From: Eledone cirrhosa
Lineage: Eukaryota
DNA: 64,000 nucleotides
Direction: 5' to 3'
NCBI GenBank assembly: GCA_964016885.1
Contig: OZ024743.1
Location: forward strand, 191,828,001-191,892,000
How positions within the stretch are numbered: position 1 is the stretch's first letter; every line of letters begins with the position of its first letter. This document shows, in pieces, positions 1-18,746 of this stretch. The position numbers and the translations under genes were made by a program. A model generated the notes under the pieces. The model made no database searches, had not been told where the DNA came from, and saw only the letters and a list, made by a program, of their open reading frames with translations.

Positions 1-2
1 AC

Positions 3-951
3 CACCTCACCGTAATTGTCGAAGGCAGGAGGCCTAGGTGTGTCGTTTGTGGTGAAGGAACCCACCTAAGGGCTTTCTGCCCTCAGGCTAAAAGGATGAG
101 GCCACCTCTCCTACCCATCCCAGTGACTCAACCATCAACACCACCAGCAGCAGAGATGGCAGCAACAACTGTAGCAGCAACAACAGAAGCAACTGTAACA
201 GCAACAACCCCAGCAACAGTAGCAAAACCAACACCACCCAACGCGCCAGAACTAGCACCAGCGCCTACACCATCCACCACGCCACAACCAAAACTAACGC
301 CTGTGGAGGATTTTCCACTCCCCGGCCTATTACAACTGGAGACAGATTGTGACGACGAAGAGTGGGAAACGGTATCAGGAAAAAAGAAAAAATGAAACCA
401 AAAAAGAAAAATACTCTCTTCCTTCCCCCTCCAAAAACAAAATACAGAGGGAAACAAATAAACTATCAAACAAAAAAGTTAGGACAGACGTACCACCATC
501 CACACCAGCATCACCAACCCCATCACCCCAAACACCAACACCATCTCCATCATTAACCCCAACACCACCATCAACTACACCACAAAAGTCACCAAAATGC
601 GAAACAGAAACAAACCCACAACAAACGCAAACAAAACAAAACAACCAAAACGATACACACTACACAGCATTAAATTTGAACAACAAGCAATTATTACACT
701 ACATCCAACACAACACCAGCATCACAGAAAAAGACTACACAACACCCCAAAATTTCACACCACCTCCACACATAAAAATCACTCGCATCACACAGAAAAC
801 GTACATGACACTAAAACAAAAATTACCCAAAGACATCGGAGACTTCCGACAAGCACTCTCCAGGAGGATTTATAAGGACATCCTTCTTGAGGAGACCACA
901 AGCAGTGAAAAGGATGGAGAAACCGTCCTTCCTCTACGAGAAGTAAGGTAA
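3..951 (+). pseudogene. LINE ORF1 remnant with CCHC zinc knuckle, frameshifted near 390
   Basis: 39-80 encodes CVVCGEGTHLRAFC (CX2CX4HX4C), in frame with ORF 96-395; Pro/Thr-rich linker; homologous to 46905-47900 (-). Confidence 0.75.
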
Positions 952-985
952 GTGGTCTTTCCCATCTTTTCCACTCCATTTCAAC

Positions 986-2830
986 ATGACCTCACTCAGA
1001 ATAGGCAGCATAAATGCGCGTGGCTTGGGGTCGTCATGGAAGCAGGGCCACCTGCTCAACGCCCTCAGGTCACTAAACATCGATGTAGTGGCCATCAGCG
1101 AGATCAGAATTTCCGAACCACGGGCCTTCGTACCAATCTTCGGCGGCTACGATGTGTACGCATCTCCCAGCCGTCCGGGATCGGGGGGAGAAGTTGCTGT
1201 GATTTTTCGGAGAGGTTTGGATCTTGCCATACGGGCCATCTTCCTGGACCCAGAAGGTAAGTTGGTGGTGCTGGACGTGACCAGCGGAGACGGGCAAACT
1301 TTCAGGTTAGTGGCCGTCTATGCCCCGACAGGTGCAGAGCGGCCTGATTTCTTCCGGCGTCTGGAGACCTTTCTTGGAACGTTCCGATCTTTAGTGTTAG
1401 TGGGCGACTAGAACGGGATCTTAGATGCACGCTGGGATTGTGTGGGATTAGTGGATAGGGAAGGAGGGTGCAAGAGTCTCACCAACCTGCTCAGGCGTTT
1501 TGAACTGTCTGACAGGTACCGATTGGATTTCCCGAATGTGCCAATGTGGACTTGGACAAATCGCATAGGATCATCCAGATCATATCTAGATAGAGTATTT
1601 TGTAGAGAAATAGATAAGTCTAGCATAGGCTGTCCACAATTCAAGATAGTCAGCTACACGGACCACAAATTCGTGATCTGTGTGCTTGACTTAAATAGGC
1701 TTCATAGACGAGGACCCGGCTACTGGAAGCTAAACGCGTCCTTACCAGCGCGCAAGGCCTACAGAGACTGGATTAGAGAACTAGATAAGCGGGCGTTGAC
1801 GGGGGCCATCGTCAACAAGTGGTGGTTTGCTCTGAAAAGAGCAATTAGAATAGAGTCCATTAGGTTTAGTAAGGCTTTAGCAATAGAGAAAAATAGAGCA
1901 GAGGGAGAATTAGTTGGCGGACGTCTAATGCAACTGGCAAAAGAACGGGAGAATTCCCAGTTCTGTGAGCCGAGGAGCTGTGGCGCTGCTGAGAAAGGAT
2001 CCGAACAAGGGGGATAACATAGATAATTTTAGGCCCATAACTCTGCTAAACACAGAGTTCAAGATTTTGGCCAAGGTGCTAGCAAAGAGGTTGGCGCTTG
2101 TCGTTGGTGGTCTGGTTGGAGAGGCGCAGACATGCGCCAATCCCGACAGATCCATCCACGACAACCTGCACCTCATGCGATACATCGTAGAGAGGGTAGC
2201 TAGGGAACCTGGCACGGGTGGGTCTTTGATCAATTTAGATCAGTCGAAAACTTTCGATAGGGTCGACCATCGTTACCTAGCGGCAGTCCTGAGGGCGGCT
2301 GGCTTTGGGCCCGTCTTCAGAGGCTGGATCGCTGCCATGCACAGCGACATCTGCTCTGTGGTGAGAGTGAACGGTCACATTTCGGAACCGTTCAACATCA
2401 TGCGCTCGGTCCGCCAAGGATGTCCCCTCTCGTCCCTCTTGTACGTATTGACTCTCGAGCCGTTATTGCACAAACTGGAGACGTTGAGGGGGGTCCAGCG
2501 CGAACTAGGATGCGGAATGTCTTCAGGCGCTCACAGCCTCGACCAATCTGGCAATGTGATCGGTGGAAACTCCACCTTGGCGTTCTATAGAGGATTAGTG
2601 GAGGGGAAGAACGACGACGTACTTGGGGAAATTCTAGGCGTCGACGAAAATCAACTAGCCAATCTCTTCGGAAGGACTTTCGGGCTGGGGCCTACGGACA
2701 ACTTCCAGAAATCTCTGGCCTGGCAGTGCTACCGAGGAGCTTTGCCAGTTCGGGATAAACTCTACAAGCATGGAGGTACCGTCAGCCGGGCATGTCCGAG
2801 ATGCGCGCAGGGCGACGAAACCGTCCAGAA
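986..2830 (+). pseudogene. LINE ORF2 (APE endonuclease + reverse transcriptase), disrupted
   Basis: ORFs 986-1411, 1442-2017, 1965-2873; stop at 1409; deletions near 1915 and 2520 (the YADD region is missing) relative to the 43.8-46.9 kb copy. Confidence 0.88.
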
Positions 2831-2912
2831 ATGCCCATTTGTACCGTCCTGTATTGTCCTGTACTGTCCTTAATGTCTACTTTATGTAAACGCTTGTGGT
2901 TAATAAAGAAAC

Positions 2913-2948
<36 letters not shown>
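2913..2948. repeat. (TTA)n LINE tail
   Basis: Directly visible. Confidence 0.9.
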
Positions 2949-2949
<1 letters not shown>

Positions 2950-2950
2950 A

Positions 2951-3165
2951 GGGTGGTAGATTGGCAGTATCGGTAGAGAGTCGGACACCATGCTTTGCAG
3001 CATAGAGTTACGGTTCTTTACGGTCTGAGTTCAAATCCCGCCGAGGTTAACTTTGCCTTTCATCCTTACGGGGTCGATATAATAAAGTACCAGTCACGCA
3101 CTGGGATCGATTTAATCGAATTTCCCCACCCCCAAAATTCCTGACCTTGTGCCTATACGAGAAAT
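2951..3165 (+). mobile_element. tRNA-derived SINE
   Basis: A-box-like TGGCAGTATCGGTAGAG, B-box GAGTTCAAATCCC, core GCCTTTCATCCTTACGGGGTCGAT..AAGTACCAG, tail CCTTGTGCC..GAAA; many copies in the window. Confidence 0.85.
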
Positions 3166-3856
3166 AATAATAATGATTATTGTTGTTATTATGTTTTTTT
3201 TTCGTGCAATGGCCATACTCGATAACGAGGGGCAGCCATCATGTATGTACGTACGTACGTATATATGTATTACGTACGTACGTATGTATGTACGTATGTA
3301 TGTATGTATTTATGTACAGTATGTATGTTTTCTCTTTCTCTTAATTTTGAGTATATTTTTTGACCGGCCACCTTCCTGGTGGCAAGGTTGTAAAAGAAAA
3401 GAAATTGTCATCCCTTGAATCGCAAGAATGTTGTATGTATGTATGTATGTATGTACGTATACATGTATGTATGTATGATTGTTCATTTGCTTTCCTCACA
3501 ATAACAGTAAAAGAACGAAACTGAAAGAATAAAATAGTTTGGCGCTGACCTGAGGCTATATGTTAAAGAAAACTGAAATTAAAATGTGATTTCAAGAAAT
3601 GTAAGGCGTAAATGATTTGGAAATGCAAGTGTCTAATTCGAGTGACAGAAGGTATGGAAATGTAAACAAAGTTCTAGGTTTTTAGGCAGATATACCGTTC
3701 AGTCAAGTGTGAAAAGTTTGTCCCCTCTCCATTCCCACTTGTATTCTTTTGTAAATTGTACTTTTAATATATTGTTCAAGGAGAAATGTACGATAATAGA
3801 GCGTTCCCGGTAACGGTATAAGAAGCAAAACGTGATGCGTGTGTGTGGGGGGGGGG

Positions 3857-3858
<2 letters not shown>

Positions 3859-3912
<54 letters not shown>
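3859..3912. repeat. (GA)n microsatellite
   Basis: Directly visible; others at 38358-38409 and 39118-39152. Confidence 0.95.
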
Positions 3913-3915
<3 letters not shown>

Positions 3916-4167
3916 AGTGGAGAAGATAAGGCAAAATTACTTGAGGAAAGGGAATTGGATGTGTTAGTAAAGTCGTAACTGGAAAGAAGAGAGAAATACA
4001 GAGGAAACTATTGTTAAAAAGTATCGTTAGAATACTATATCTTTAAAAAAAAAGCTACTACACTTAATAAATAAACAACGGGGAGTTAGTAACTGCAGAC
4101 ACGTTAAAAAATGCACTTCAGAGATGTTGTATGTTTTAATAAATATATTATTGTGATATTATATATT

Positions 4168-4348
4168 GATTGGCAGTATCGGTAGAGGGTTGGACGCCAT
4201 GCTTCGACGCATAGTGTTACAGCCCTTGCCATTCTGAGTTCAAATCCCGCCGAGGTTAACTTTGCCTTTCATCCTTACGGGGTCGATAAAATAAAGTACC
4301 AGTAATACACTGGTTAATTGCTGGCCTTGTGCCAAAAGTAGAAACAAT
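4168..4348 (+). mobile_element. tRNA-derived SINE, same family
   Basis: Closely matches 2959-3160. Confidence 0.85.
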
Positions 4349-4427
4349 TATATATATATTATACAATTATATATATATATATGTAGGTGATTAATATTGT
4401 AGAACAATAAAACTATGCATATATCAG

Positions 4428-4837
<410 letters not shown>

Positions 4838-4838
<1 letters not shown>

Positions 4839-5067
4839 AAATATTAAAAAAATAATGAATAAAACAATGAAACAGTTCCTTATATTAAACAAAAAAAGTT
4901 CATTATTTAACGATCGTTTCTAGGATATATATGTGTTAGAATTGGCATGCATATTCAACAGATCTATGTACAAAATTATACAAAATTATACAAACTATCA
5001 AGATTAAATATACATACCAAACACACATATATGCCGTCTTCAGAAATAAACTCTTGGTAGATTTATC

Positions 5068-5112
<45 letters not shown>

Positions 5113-5745
5113 TAATAAAATAATGAATAAACAAAGAAACAGTTCCTTATATTAAAAAAAATTCATCATTTTACGATCGTTTCTAGGATATATGTGTTAG
5201 AATTGGTATGCATATTCTATAGATCTATGTACAATATTTATACAAACTATCAGAGGGAATATACATATCTACACATATATATGCTGTCTTCAGAAATAAT
5301 GATATTTGTTTATTGAAAAAAACAAAGATTCAATACAATAGGTCTGTTTGGGAACAGGTTTTGAATTGACCAATAGAGAGATAGTGAGGGTCAAGATAGT
5401 AATATAGTAGTAGAAGAACCTTAAATTATGGGTAGAGGAAGGTAGATTTCAGTTTTGGATGGAAAAGAATATTATGAATGAAAGATTATTTTAGGGATGA
5501 AAATAGGTCGTATGCTGACCTCAGAAATAATTATATTTGTTCATTGAATAAAACCAACAAAGATCTAATATATTCTGTCTGTTTGGTAAGGGGTTTAGAA
5601 TTAACCAATAGAAAGTTAATAATTAGCCAAATGGTAAAATAGTAGTAATTGAAGCTTATTTTAGGGGTAGAATGAGGCAGATTTCAATTTTGAATGGAGT
5701 GTGAAGAATGAGAAAGTTATTTTAGGGGTGAAAATAGGTCAGGTC
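4838..5745 (-). repeat. Copies of the 3' terminal region of the 11.4-15.9 kb PLE, with diverged local duplications
   Basis: 4838-5047 matches 11366-11577; 5108-5400 is a diverged second copy; 5510-5740 resembles 5280-5510. Confidence 0.7.
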
Positions 5746-5991
5746 AGTAAAAGGTATATGAGCAGTTGCTGTTATAAACCAGTAATGCCAATGCAAATAT
5801 CTAAGGAGACTAAAATTTTATAAGAGTGTTAGTAAAAAAATATATCTATGAAAAGAATATAAATTAATTTAATTGATGGGTATATTTATATTGATAAAAT
5901 TATACTAATGCATATAGATATGATAAATAAGAGTTAGATGCAGTTGAAGAGTGCTGTTAAAGATGAGGGGAAATTAAAAGAATCTAAAAAT

Positions 5992-8512
<2,521 letters not shown>

Positions 8513-8514
<2 letters not shown>

Positions 8515-8804
8515 TCTTTTACTCTTTTACCTGTTTCAGCCATCCGGCTGAGGCCATGCTGGGGCACCGCCCTTGTTTCTACACATTTTATCTCCAGCCT
8601 GTATAGGTTGGCCACTGGTGTAGGAGGGAGTTTGTTGCTGCTGCCCTTAGGATTCCCTCATGTCTTGCTGTGGGCTCATCCGGGATCCTGGATAACAAGG
8701 TGTCGAGATGTTTCTTAAAGACATCCACCTCCACGTCATGCAAGTCTCTCAGATGCCTCGGCAGCCTGTTGAAGAGTTGAGGGCCCTTGAATCCCAGGCT
8801 ATTG

Positions 8805-8806
<2 letters not shown>
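8513..8806 (-). mobile_element. 3' end of a CR1-group LINE
   Basis: Minus strand encodes [42 protein letters not shown], similar to the C-terminus at 31.8-31.97 kb; tail (GTAAAAGA)2. Confidence 0.75.
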
Positions 8807-9975
<1,169 letters not shown>

Positions 9976-10084
9976 CACACTATACATACACTATACACAC
10001 ACGCTAACGCATGCGCAAAGAAGACAAAATAAAATAAGATAAACAAACAAGCAAATAAATAAATAAATATATAGACAGACTGAA

Positions 10085-10385
10085 TAAAAAATGGCGTAGA
10101 CATACAACACAACAGGAGGAACAAGGAATATAACACCACTGACGATGTTGCAGATGTGCAACGAAAGATTTATGTAAATTATGTAAACTATATATATGTG
10201 TTTGTGTCTATATTGTATCTGTATTATTTTTGACCGCCGGTCAGTCAATGGCAACATTGAGGACCGAGTAAGTTAGATCGCAGATATAAAAGACAGCGAG
10301 AAGCGAAAACCAACTAAACAGTGAGTGTGTTCTGTTATTAATTCTGGCAATATTACGCAAATATGACCCTCCCCAAATATAACAA
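10085..10385 (+). mobile_element. Short non-coding HHR-bearing element (same family as 34952-35233)
   Basis: Shares AAAATGGCGTAG, HHR position and the end TGACCCTCCC..AAA.TATAACAA with the minus-strand copy at 35 kb. Confidence 0.6.
10135..10176 (+). ncRNA. Minimal type I hammerhead ribozyme motif (weak stem I)
   Basis: ca CTGACGA t GTTGC agatgt GCAAC GAAA gatt TA tg; core intact, stem I only ~2 bp. Confidence 0.65.
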
Positions 10386-10879
10386 TATATATATATATAT
10401 ATTTATATATACATATTGTTATACTAATTCATCGCCGCTATATATATATATATTTATATATATATATATATTTATATATTTATATATATATATATATATT
10501 TTGGTCGTTCCGACTGCTGCTAGTGATAGTGGTGGCCGTTTGACCTACCTCCCTCTGCCTCTATCTTTACTTCGGCCCTTGAAAAAATTGATTCCACTTC
10601 ATTTACTCTCATCTCGGGAATAGTTTTGGAAAGCGCTAGTTCGTAATTTAAATTCAAGAATTTTATATTCTTTGAATGAAAAGAACCTTCTGATGAGAAT
10701 CTTTCTTTGCAACGAAGGCCGTATGCGTCTCCGTTTTTTTTGAGATTCGAAACCGATTCGGTAAAGGTAACTATAGTAAGTAAAGTCAATTTTTTAAAAT
10801 TTATTTTGAAACCTTTTCATTATTTGCTAAACCTGATTATATATTTATATATATATATATTTATATATATAATATATAT

Positions 10880-11162
10880 ATATTATTATTATGTAATAAA
10901 CAACATAAGGCAATTATTCCATTTACCAGTGTTTCTTAAAAGCAAAAGGTTTTGCTTTCAATCCTCAGAATGAAAAATCCTGGGTTTGTTTATTGAATAT
11001 GGATTCTAAAAACAAAAATGCAATCTATATGAAAGTGAGGCTGGAAAAGGGAGAAGGAAAGGAAAAATAAAATAAAACTACACATGCAAACACACACGAA
11101 AAAACCACACAAAAGCATACTTACACACACATACATATATACATATATATAAATGTACGCAT

Positions 11163-11201
<39 letters not shown>

Positions 11202-11260
11202 AGCGTACACCTACACACACATACACATATATACGCACATATACACATACATACATTCAT

Positions 11261-11313
<53 letters not shown>

Positions 11314-11335
11314 CATACACACACATATATATACA

Positions 11336-11340
<5 letters not shown>
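10880..11340 (-). mobile_element. Terminal fragment of the PLE pLTR
   Basis: 10882-11085 matches 23430-23635 closely. Confidence 0.8.
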
Positions 11341-11373
<33 letters not shown>

Positions 11374-12225
11374 TAAAAAAATAATGAATAAAACAATGAA
11401 ACAGTTCCTTATATTAAACAAAAAAAGTTCATTATTTAACGATCGTTTCTAGGATATATATGTGTTAGAATTGGCATGCATATTCAACAGATCTATGTAC
11501 AAAATTATACAAAATTATACAAACTATCAACATTAAATATACATACCAACACATATATATGCCGTCTTCAGAAATAATGAAATATATTTATTGATAATAA
11601 CAACAATTCAAAATTACAGGTCTGTTTGGGAACAGAGTTCAAATGGACCAATGAAAATACAAAAAGTTTATACAGTTAGGTGTGTGTATATATGTAATTA
11701 ACTTCGTTCACAGATATGCATAAAGATATATGTTCACATGCATACGCATGCCAAAAAGATGTATGTAAATACAAAAATTCAAGGCTAATGTCTCTGTATG
11801 TTTATAATCTACAGATAAAATACGTATAAAAACAAATATACACACACATTCATATACCCACACATATACGTACATTCACACACACACGCGCGTATACGCA
11901 TAAACATACACACAACCACGAACATACATACACACACACACCCCCACACACATATATATGTGTATATACTATCATCATAAGCATATGGACATTAATGCGC
12001 GCACATAAACACTGCCACACATATTTAGATCCAGATACAGAAAGTAGGTGGGGGGGAGAGGTCAGTATTTAGCGGTGTCAGCAAGCTGCCTATTTATAAA
12101 TGTATCTATAAATTTAGAAATAAAAAGAAAATAAAAATAAAAAAGAAATATATCAAGAAAAAATATATATATATATATATATATATAAAAGAAGTAAAAT
12201 ATAAAATATACATCGATATACATAC

Positions 12226-12272
<47 letters not shown>

Positions 12273-12409
12273 TATACATACATATACATACACATATACA
12301 TAAACACATACATACACATACATATACATACACACACCATATAAATACGCATACACATACACACACATACACGCATACATATATATATATATATATACAT
12401 ACATTCACA

Positions 12410-12440
<31 letters not shown>

Positions 12441-12501
12441 CACATATCTAGACACATATATAAACACACTCATGTATATAAACACATACACATACATACC
12501 C

Positions 12502-12577
<76 letters not shown>

Positions 12578-12590
12578 CACACATACATAT

Positions 12591-12661
<71 letters not shown>

Positions 12662-12755
12662 CACACACTTATATATATATATACACACACATACATACAC
12701 ACACATACACATACACATATATAAAGATATATATACACACATACACACACATATA

Positions 12756-12802
<47 letters not shown>

Positions 12803-13040
12803 TACTCACACACACATACACACATACATATACGCATATATACACATACATACACATCCATATATGCGTATATACATACAAACACCACCACACGCTCACA
12901 CAACTCAGACATACATAAATAAAGGGATATACATACACATATATACATATATAAATAGAGATACATATACACATATAAATATATACACACGTACCCACGC
13001 AAACACACATACATATATATACACACACATACACATATAC

Positions 13041-13075
<35 letters not shown>

Positions 13076-13294
13076 CATACACACATATACATATATACAT
13101 ACATACATATACACACACATATACATATATATAAAAAAATAAAGAAATAAAATAAATAAATAAATAAATAAATTAATACACTCAGTCAGACAAATATGCA
13201 CACACATACACATACATATATATATATACACATACACACACATATATATACACATATATATATATATATATACACATACATACATCAACTACAA

Positions 13295-13362
<68 letters not shown>

Positions 13363-13544
13363 CACATATATACATATATATACACACACACTCACATATA
13401 CATGCGCACATACGTACATATATACACATACACACATATACACATAGTCATATACATGTGCATACATATACATACACTCATATACCCACATAAATACATA
13501 GATACATATATATATAACAGATACACATACTCACACATATATAT

Positions 13545-13575
<31 letters not shown>

Positions 13576-13799
13576 CACACAATCATACACCCTTATTTAC
13601 ATATGTATTTTTATACTCACATACAAACACCCAAACATACATACCTACCTACATATACATACATACATCCACGTTTACAAATACAAATAATAATAGTAGG
13701 GGGGAGGAGGGGGGGGGGGGAGGGGATTATAGTAAATATATTTTCAAGAAACATAGAATATTAATCTGCATTTAGATCATAATATGCGTTTAGATAGTA

Positions 13800-14780
13800 G
13801 TTTCAGTATTAGGAAATGTAAGAAAGAAGGCAAAATTATGCATTTCAATATAAGTATACCATTAATTATAGGTTAACTAAATTAAAGATAGTTAATATAT
13901 TGATTTCTAAGGTGTATACTACTTAGGTTTATAATATTTGAAGCGGAATTTTGAAGTTAAATAGTAGTAGAGTATTAATTATAGTATAACTAAATTAAAA
14001 TTATTAACGTTATGGTATCAATATTAGGAAATGAATTTAGTAATAGGGAAAAAACAAATAAAGTATTACATCGCTAGTAGAATATAAATTATAGGTTAAC
14101 TAAATTAAAAATTATATATTAATTTCTATAGTATATGTTAATTAGGTTTATAATAATTAAAACAGATATTGTATTTTATCCATAGTAGAATATAATTATA
14201 GGTAAACAGAAATTAAAATTAATACATACACATATACATATACATATATATATACATACATATATATATACATATATACACATATATACACATACATATA
14301 CATATTTTTTCAAAAATTGCAAAGAATATATTAACTAGGTATACATCCAAAACCTATCTCAGTCTATGATTACATGACACTCTGCAATCCATCTGTATTA
14401 GGATATTAATTTTAAGCCAATTAAATTAATTTTTAGGTTAACCAAATTCAAAACCAAATTATAAATATATTTCTAAAATGTACATTAATTAGGTCAATAA
14501 TACTAAAAATGATTTCTCTGTCATTGAATACACGATATTTTGTTATATTTTATCTGTAAAGGAATTTTAATAAAAGGTTAAATAAATTAAAATTAATCTA
14601 TAAATTAATTTACGAAGTATATATTAGTAATATTTAAAAGTTTTTCACAATTTATGATTACACAATATTTTATAATCTCATCTGTAGTAGAATTTTAATT
14701 AAATTAAATTTATAGGTTAACTAACATTTAAATTAAAATATATATTAATTTCTAGAATAATGTTATTAATTAGGTTTATA
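13800..14780. repeat. Degenerate ~110-140 bp AT-rich tandem repeat
   Basis: AATTATAGGTTAACTAAATTAAA-like motif recurs near 13864, 13977, 14088, 14194, 14428, 14572 and 14707. Confidence 0.6.
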
Positions 14781-14819
14781 ATATTTAAATGTTTTTCTTA
14801 GTTTATGATTACACGATAT

Positions 14820-15137
14820 AATTAATTCCTGTCGTTTATTTAATAGGATATCCTTAGATTTCATTATTTCAAATAGTTCTTGGGAACATAATCTACATTC
14901 ATTTCTATTATTTTGATAAGGGGTGGGCTCTTTTGAGCACACTCCAGGTCATATCATATTCTATATTCTTATTTTTATAACTATTGATTTTTTCTGCTAG
15001 AGATGTTGTATTAGCCAGTGCGGCATTTTTAAAACTATGTTTGTGGGTATTAAACCTTGCCTTAAAATTGTTAGAAGTAGCTCCTATATATGAACAAATA
15101 GAATCTTTAGTTTTAACATTACATTTATAAACTATGT
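14820..15137 (-). pseudogene. PLE GIY-YIG endonuclease fragment
   Basis: NIVYKCNV..SYIGATSNNFKARFNTHKHSF..TSLA..W, then C..C..E after a stop. Confidence 0.85.
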
Positions 15138-16059
15138 TATTTCTAAATTTATAGATACATTTATAAATAGGCAGCTTGCTGACACCGCTAAATACTGACC
15201 TCTCCCCCCCCCCCCCCACCTACTTACTGTATCTGGATCTAAATATGTGTGGCAGTGTTTATGTGCGCGCATTAATGTCCATATGCTTATGATGATAGTA
15301 TATACACATATATATGTGTGTGGGGGTGTGTGTGTGTATGTATGTTCGTGGTTGTGTGTATGTTTATGCGTATACGCGCGTGGTGTGTGTGAATGTACGT
15401 ATATGTGTGGGTATATGAATGTGTGTGTATATTTGTTTTTATACGTATTTTATCTGTAGATTATAAACATACAGAGACATTAGCCTTGAATTTTTGTATT
15501 TACATACATCTTTTTGGCATGCGTATGCATGTGAACATATATCTTTATGCATATCTGTGAACGAAGTTAATTACATATATACACACACCTAACTGTATAA
15601 ACTTTTTGTATTTTCATTGGTCAATTTGAACTCTGTTCCCAAACAGACCTGTAATTTTGAATTGTTGTTATTATCAATAAATATATTTCATTATTTCTGA
15701 AGACGGCATATATATGTGTTGGTATGTATATTTAATTTTGATAGTTTGTATAATTTTGTATAATTTTGTACATAGATCTGTTGAATATGCATGCCAATTC
15801 TAACACATATATATCCTAGAAACGATCGTTAAATAATGAACTTTTTTTGTTTAATATAAGGAACTGTTTCATTGTTTTATTCATTATTTTTTTAATATTT
15901 TATCTTGACTCTGTATTCCGTTTATCTTTCACCGAAAGTGATATTTCATTGCATCTCTTCTTTCCATGATATCCGGATTACATTGAGTTCTTCATACGGA
16001 TTGGACACTACCGTAAACTCTTGGTAGATTTATCTACATATATATATATATATATTTTT

Positions 16060-18020
<1,961 letters not shown>

Positions 18021-18032
18021 TTAATATATATA

Positions 18033-18073
<41 letters not shown>

Positions 18074-18085
18074 AGATATATATAT

Positions 18086-18468
18086 ATTGGAATAAATGCT
18101 CTGAAATAGCGATATATATGTGAATATAGACATAGAATATTCGAAAATATTCTGTATGTTTATAATAAACATTTTGAAGACCTAATCGCTCTAGAATAGA
18201 ATACGTCACGTATTACAATTAGATTCTCGATAAAAGCAAGGGAAGTAATCTACGCGTTTCATTCTTGTTAGAAATCATCAGGACTACATATCCAGTGCCT
18301 TTTATCGAGAATGACACAGCTAGAGACTTATAGAATACTTAGCTGTGTACAGGAACTGGTTTGAAAGAGCGGTTGCCGGTCCGGCAGAAATTAGAAATTG
18401 GAATAAATGCTCTGAAATAGCGATATATATGTGAATATAGACATAGAATATTCGAAAATATTCTGTAT
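18086..18468 (-). mobile_element. 311 bp terminally redundant non-coding HHR unit (retrozyme-like)
   Basis: 18086-18157 repeats at 18397-18468 (period 311); contains an HHR; no ORF. Confidence 0.7.
18245..18287 (-). ncRNA. Minimal type I hammerhead ribozyme
   Basis: Minus strand: GTAGTC CTGATGA t TTC taacaa GAA t GAAA CGCG TA GATTAC; palindromic loop 3; stem I extended by a 14 bp inverted repeat (18223-18236 / 18299-18312). Confidence 0.88.
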
Positions 18469-18601
18469 TCTGTTAATTTATCATAGGAGTGTCAATCCAG
18501 TTACAGATTAGATGCGATTTCAGATGAGGACAGCATCTGAAGATCTCAGTCTTTGAATTAAGGCAAGCGGAAGTGTGCTCTCAAGTTTAGCAAAATCCTT
18601 A

Positions 18602-18652
<51 letters not shown>

Positions 18653-18662
18653 ATACTATATA

Positions 18663-18746
<84 letters not shown>

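Larger units (their letters stand above)
1..2912 (+). mobile_element. Degenerate L1/Tx1-like LINE (ORF1 3' part, ORF2 with internal deletions, 3' UTR)
   Basis: APE endonuclease start MTSLRIGSINARGL and YLDR/TDH motifs; RT motifs FRPITLLNTEFKILAK, LDQSKTFDRVDH, SVRQGCPLS; C-terminal CPRC; AATAAA then (TTA)n tail. Confidence 0.92.
11366..15903 (-). mobile_element. 5'-truncated Penelope-like element with long microsatellite-rich 3' region and an inverted terminal copy
   Basis: GIY-YIG remnant at 14820-15137; 15137-15903 is the reverse complement of 11366-12123. Confidence 0.75.

Noticed and set aside
2951-3050. tRNA gene
   Set aside because: A/B boxes belong to a SINE head; no full cloverleaf, and it continues into SINE core and tail.
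10688-10720. CTGATGAG as an HHR core
   Set aside because: No stem II followed by GAAA and no stem I.
13800-14780. CRISPR-like repeat-spacer array
   Set aside because: Eukaryotic context, degenerate AT-rich repeats with related spacers, and no cas genes.
15910-16005. Minus-strand TCCGT-ATGAAGA...GAAA-GATA-AACGGA as an HHR with long stem II
   Set aside because: C3 missing, intervening region does not pair convincingly, and it is antisense to the element.
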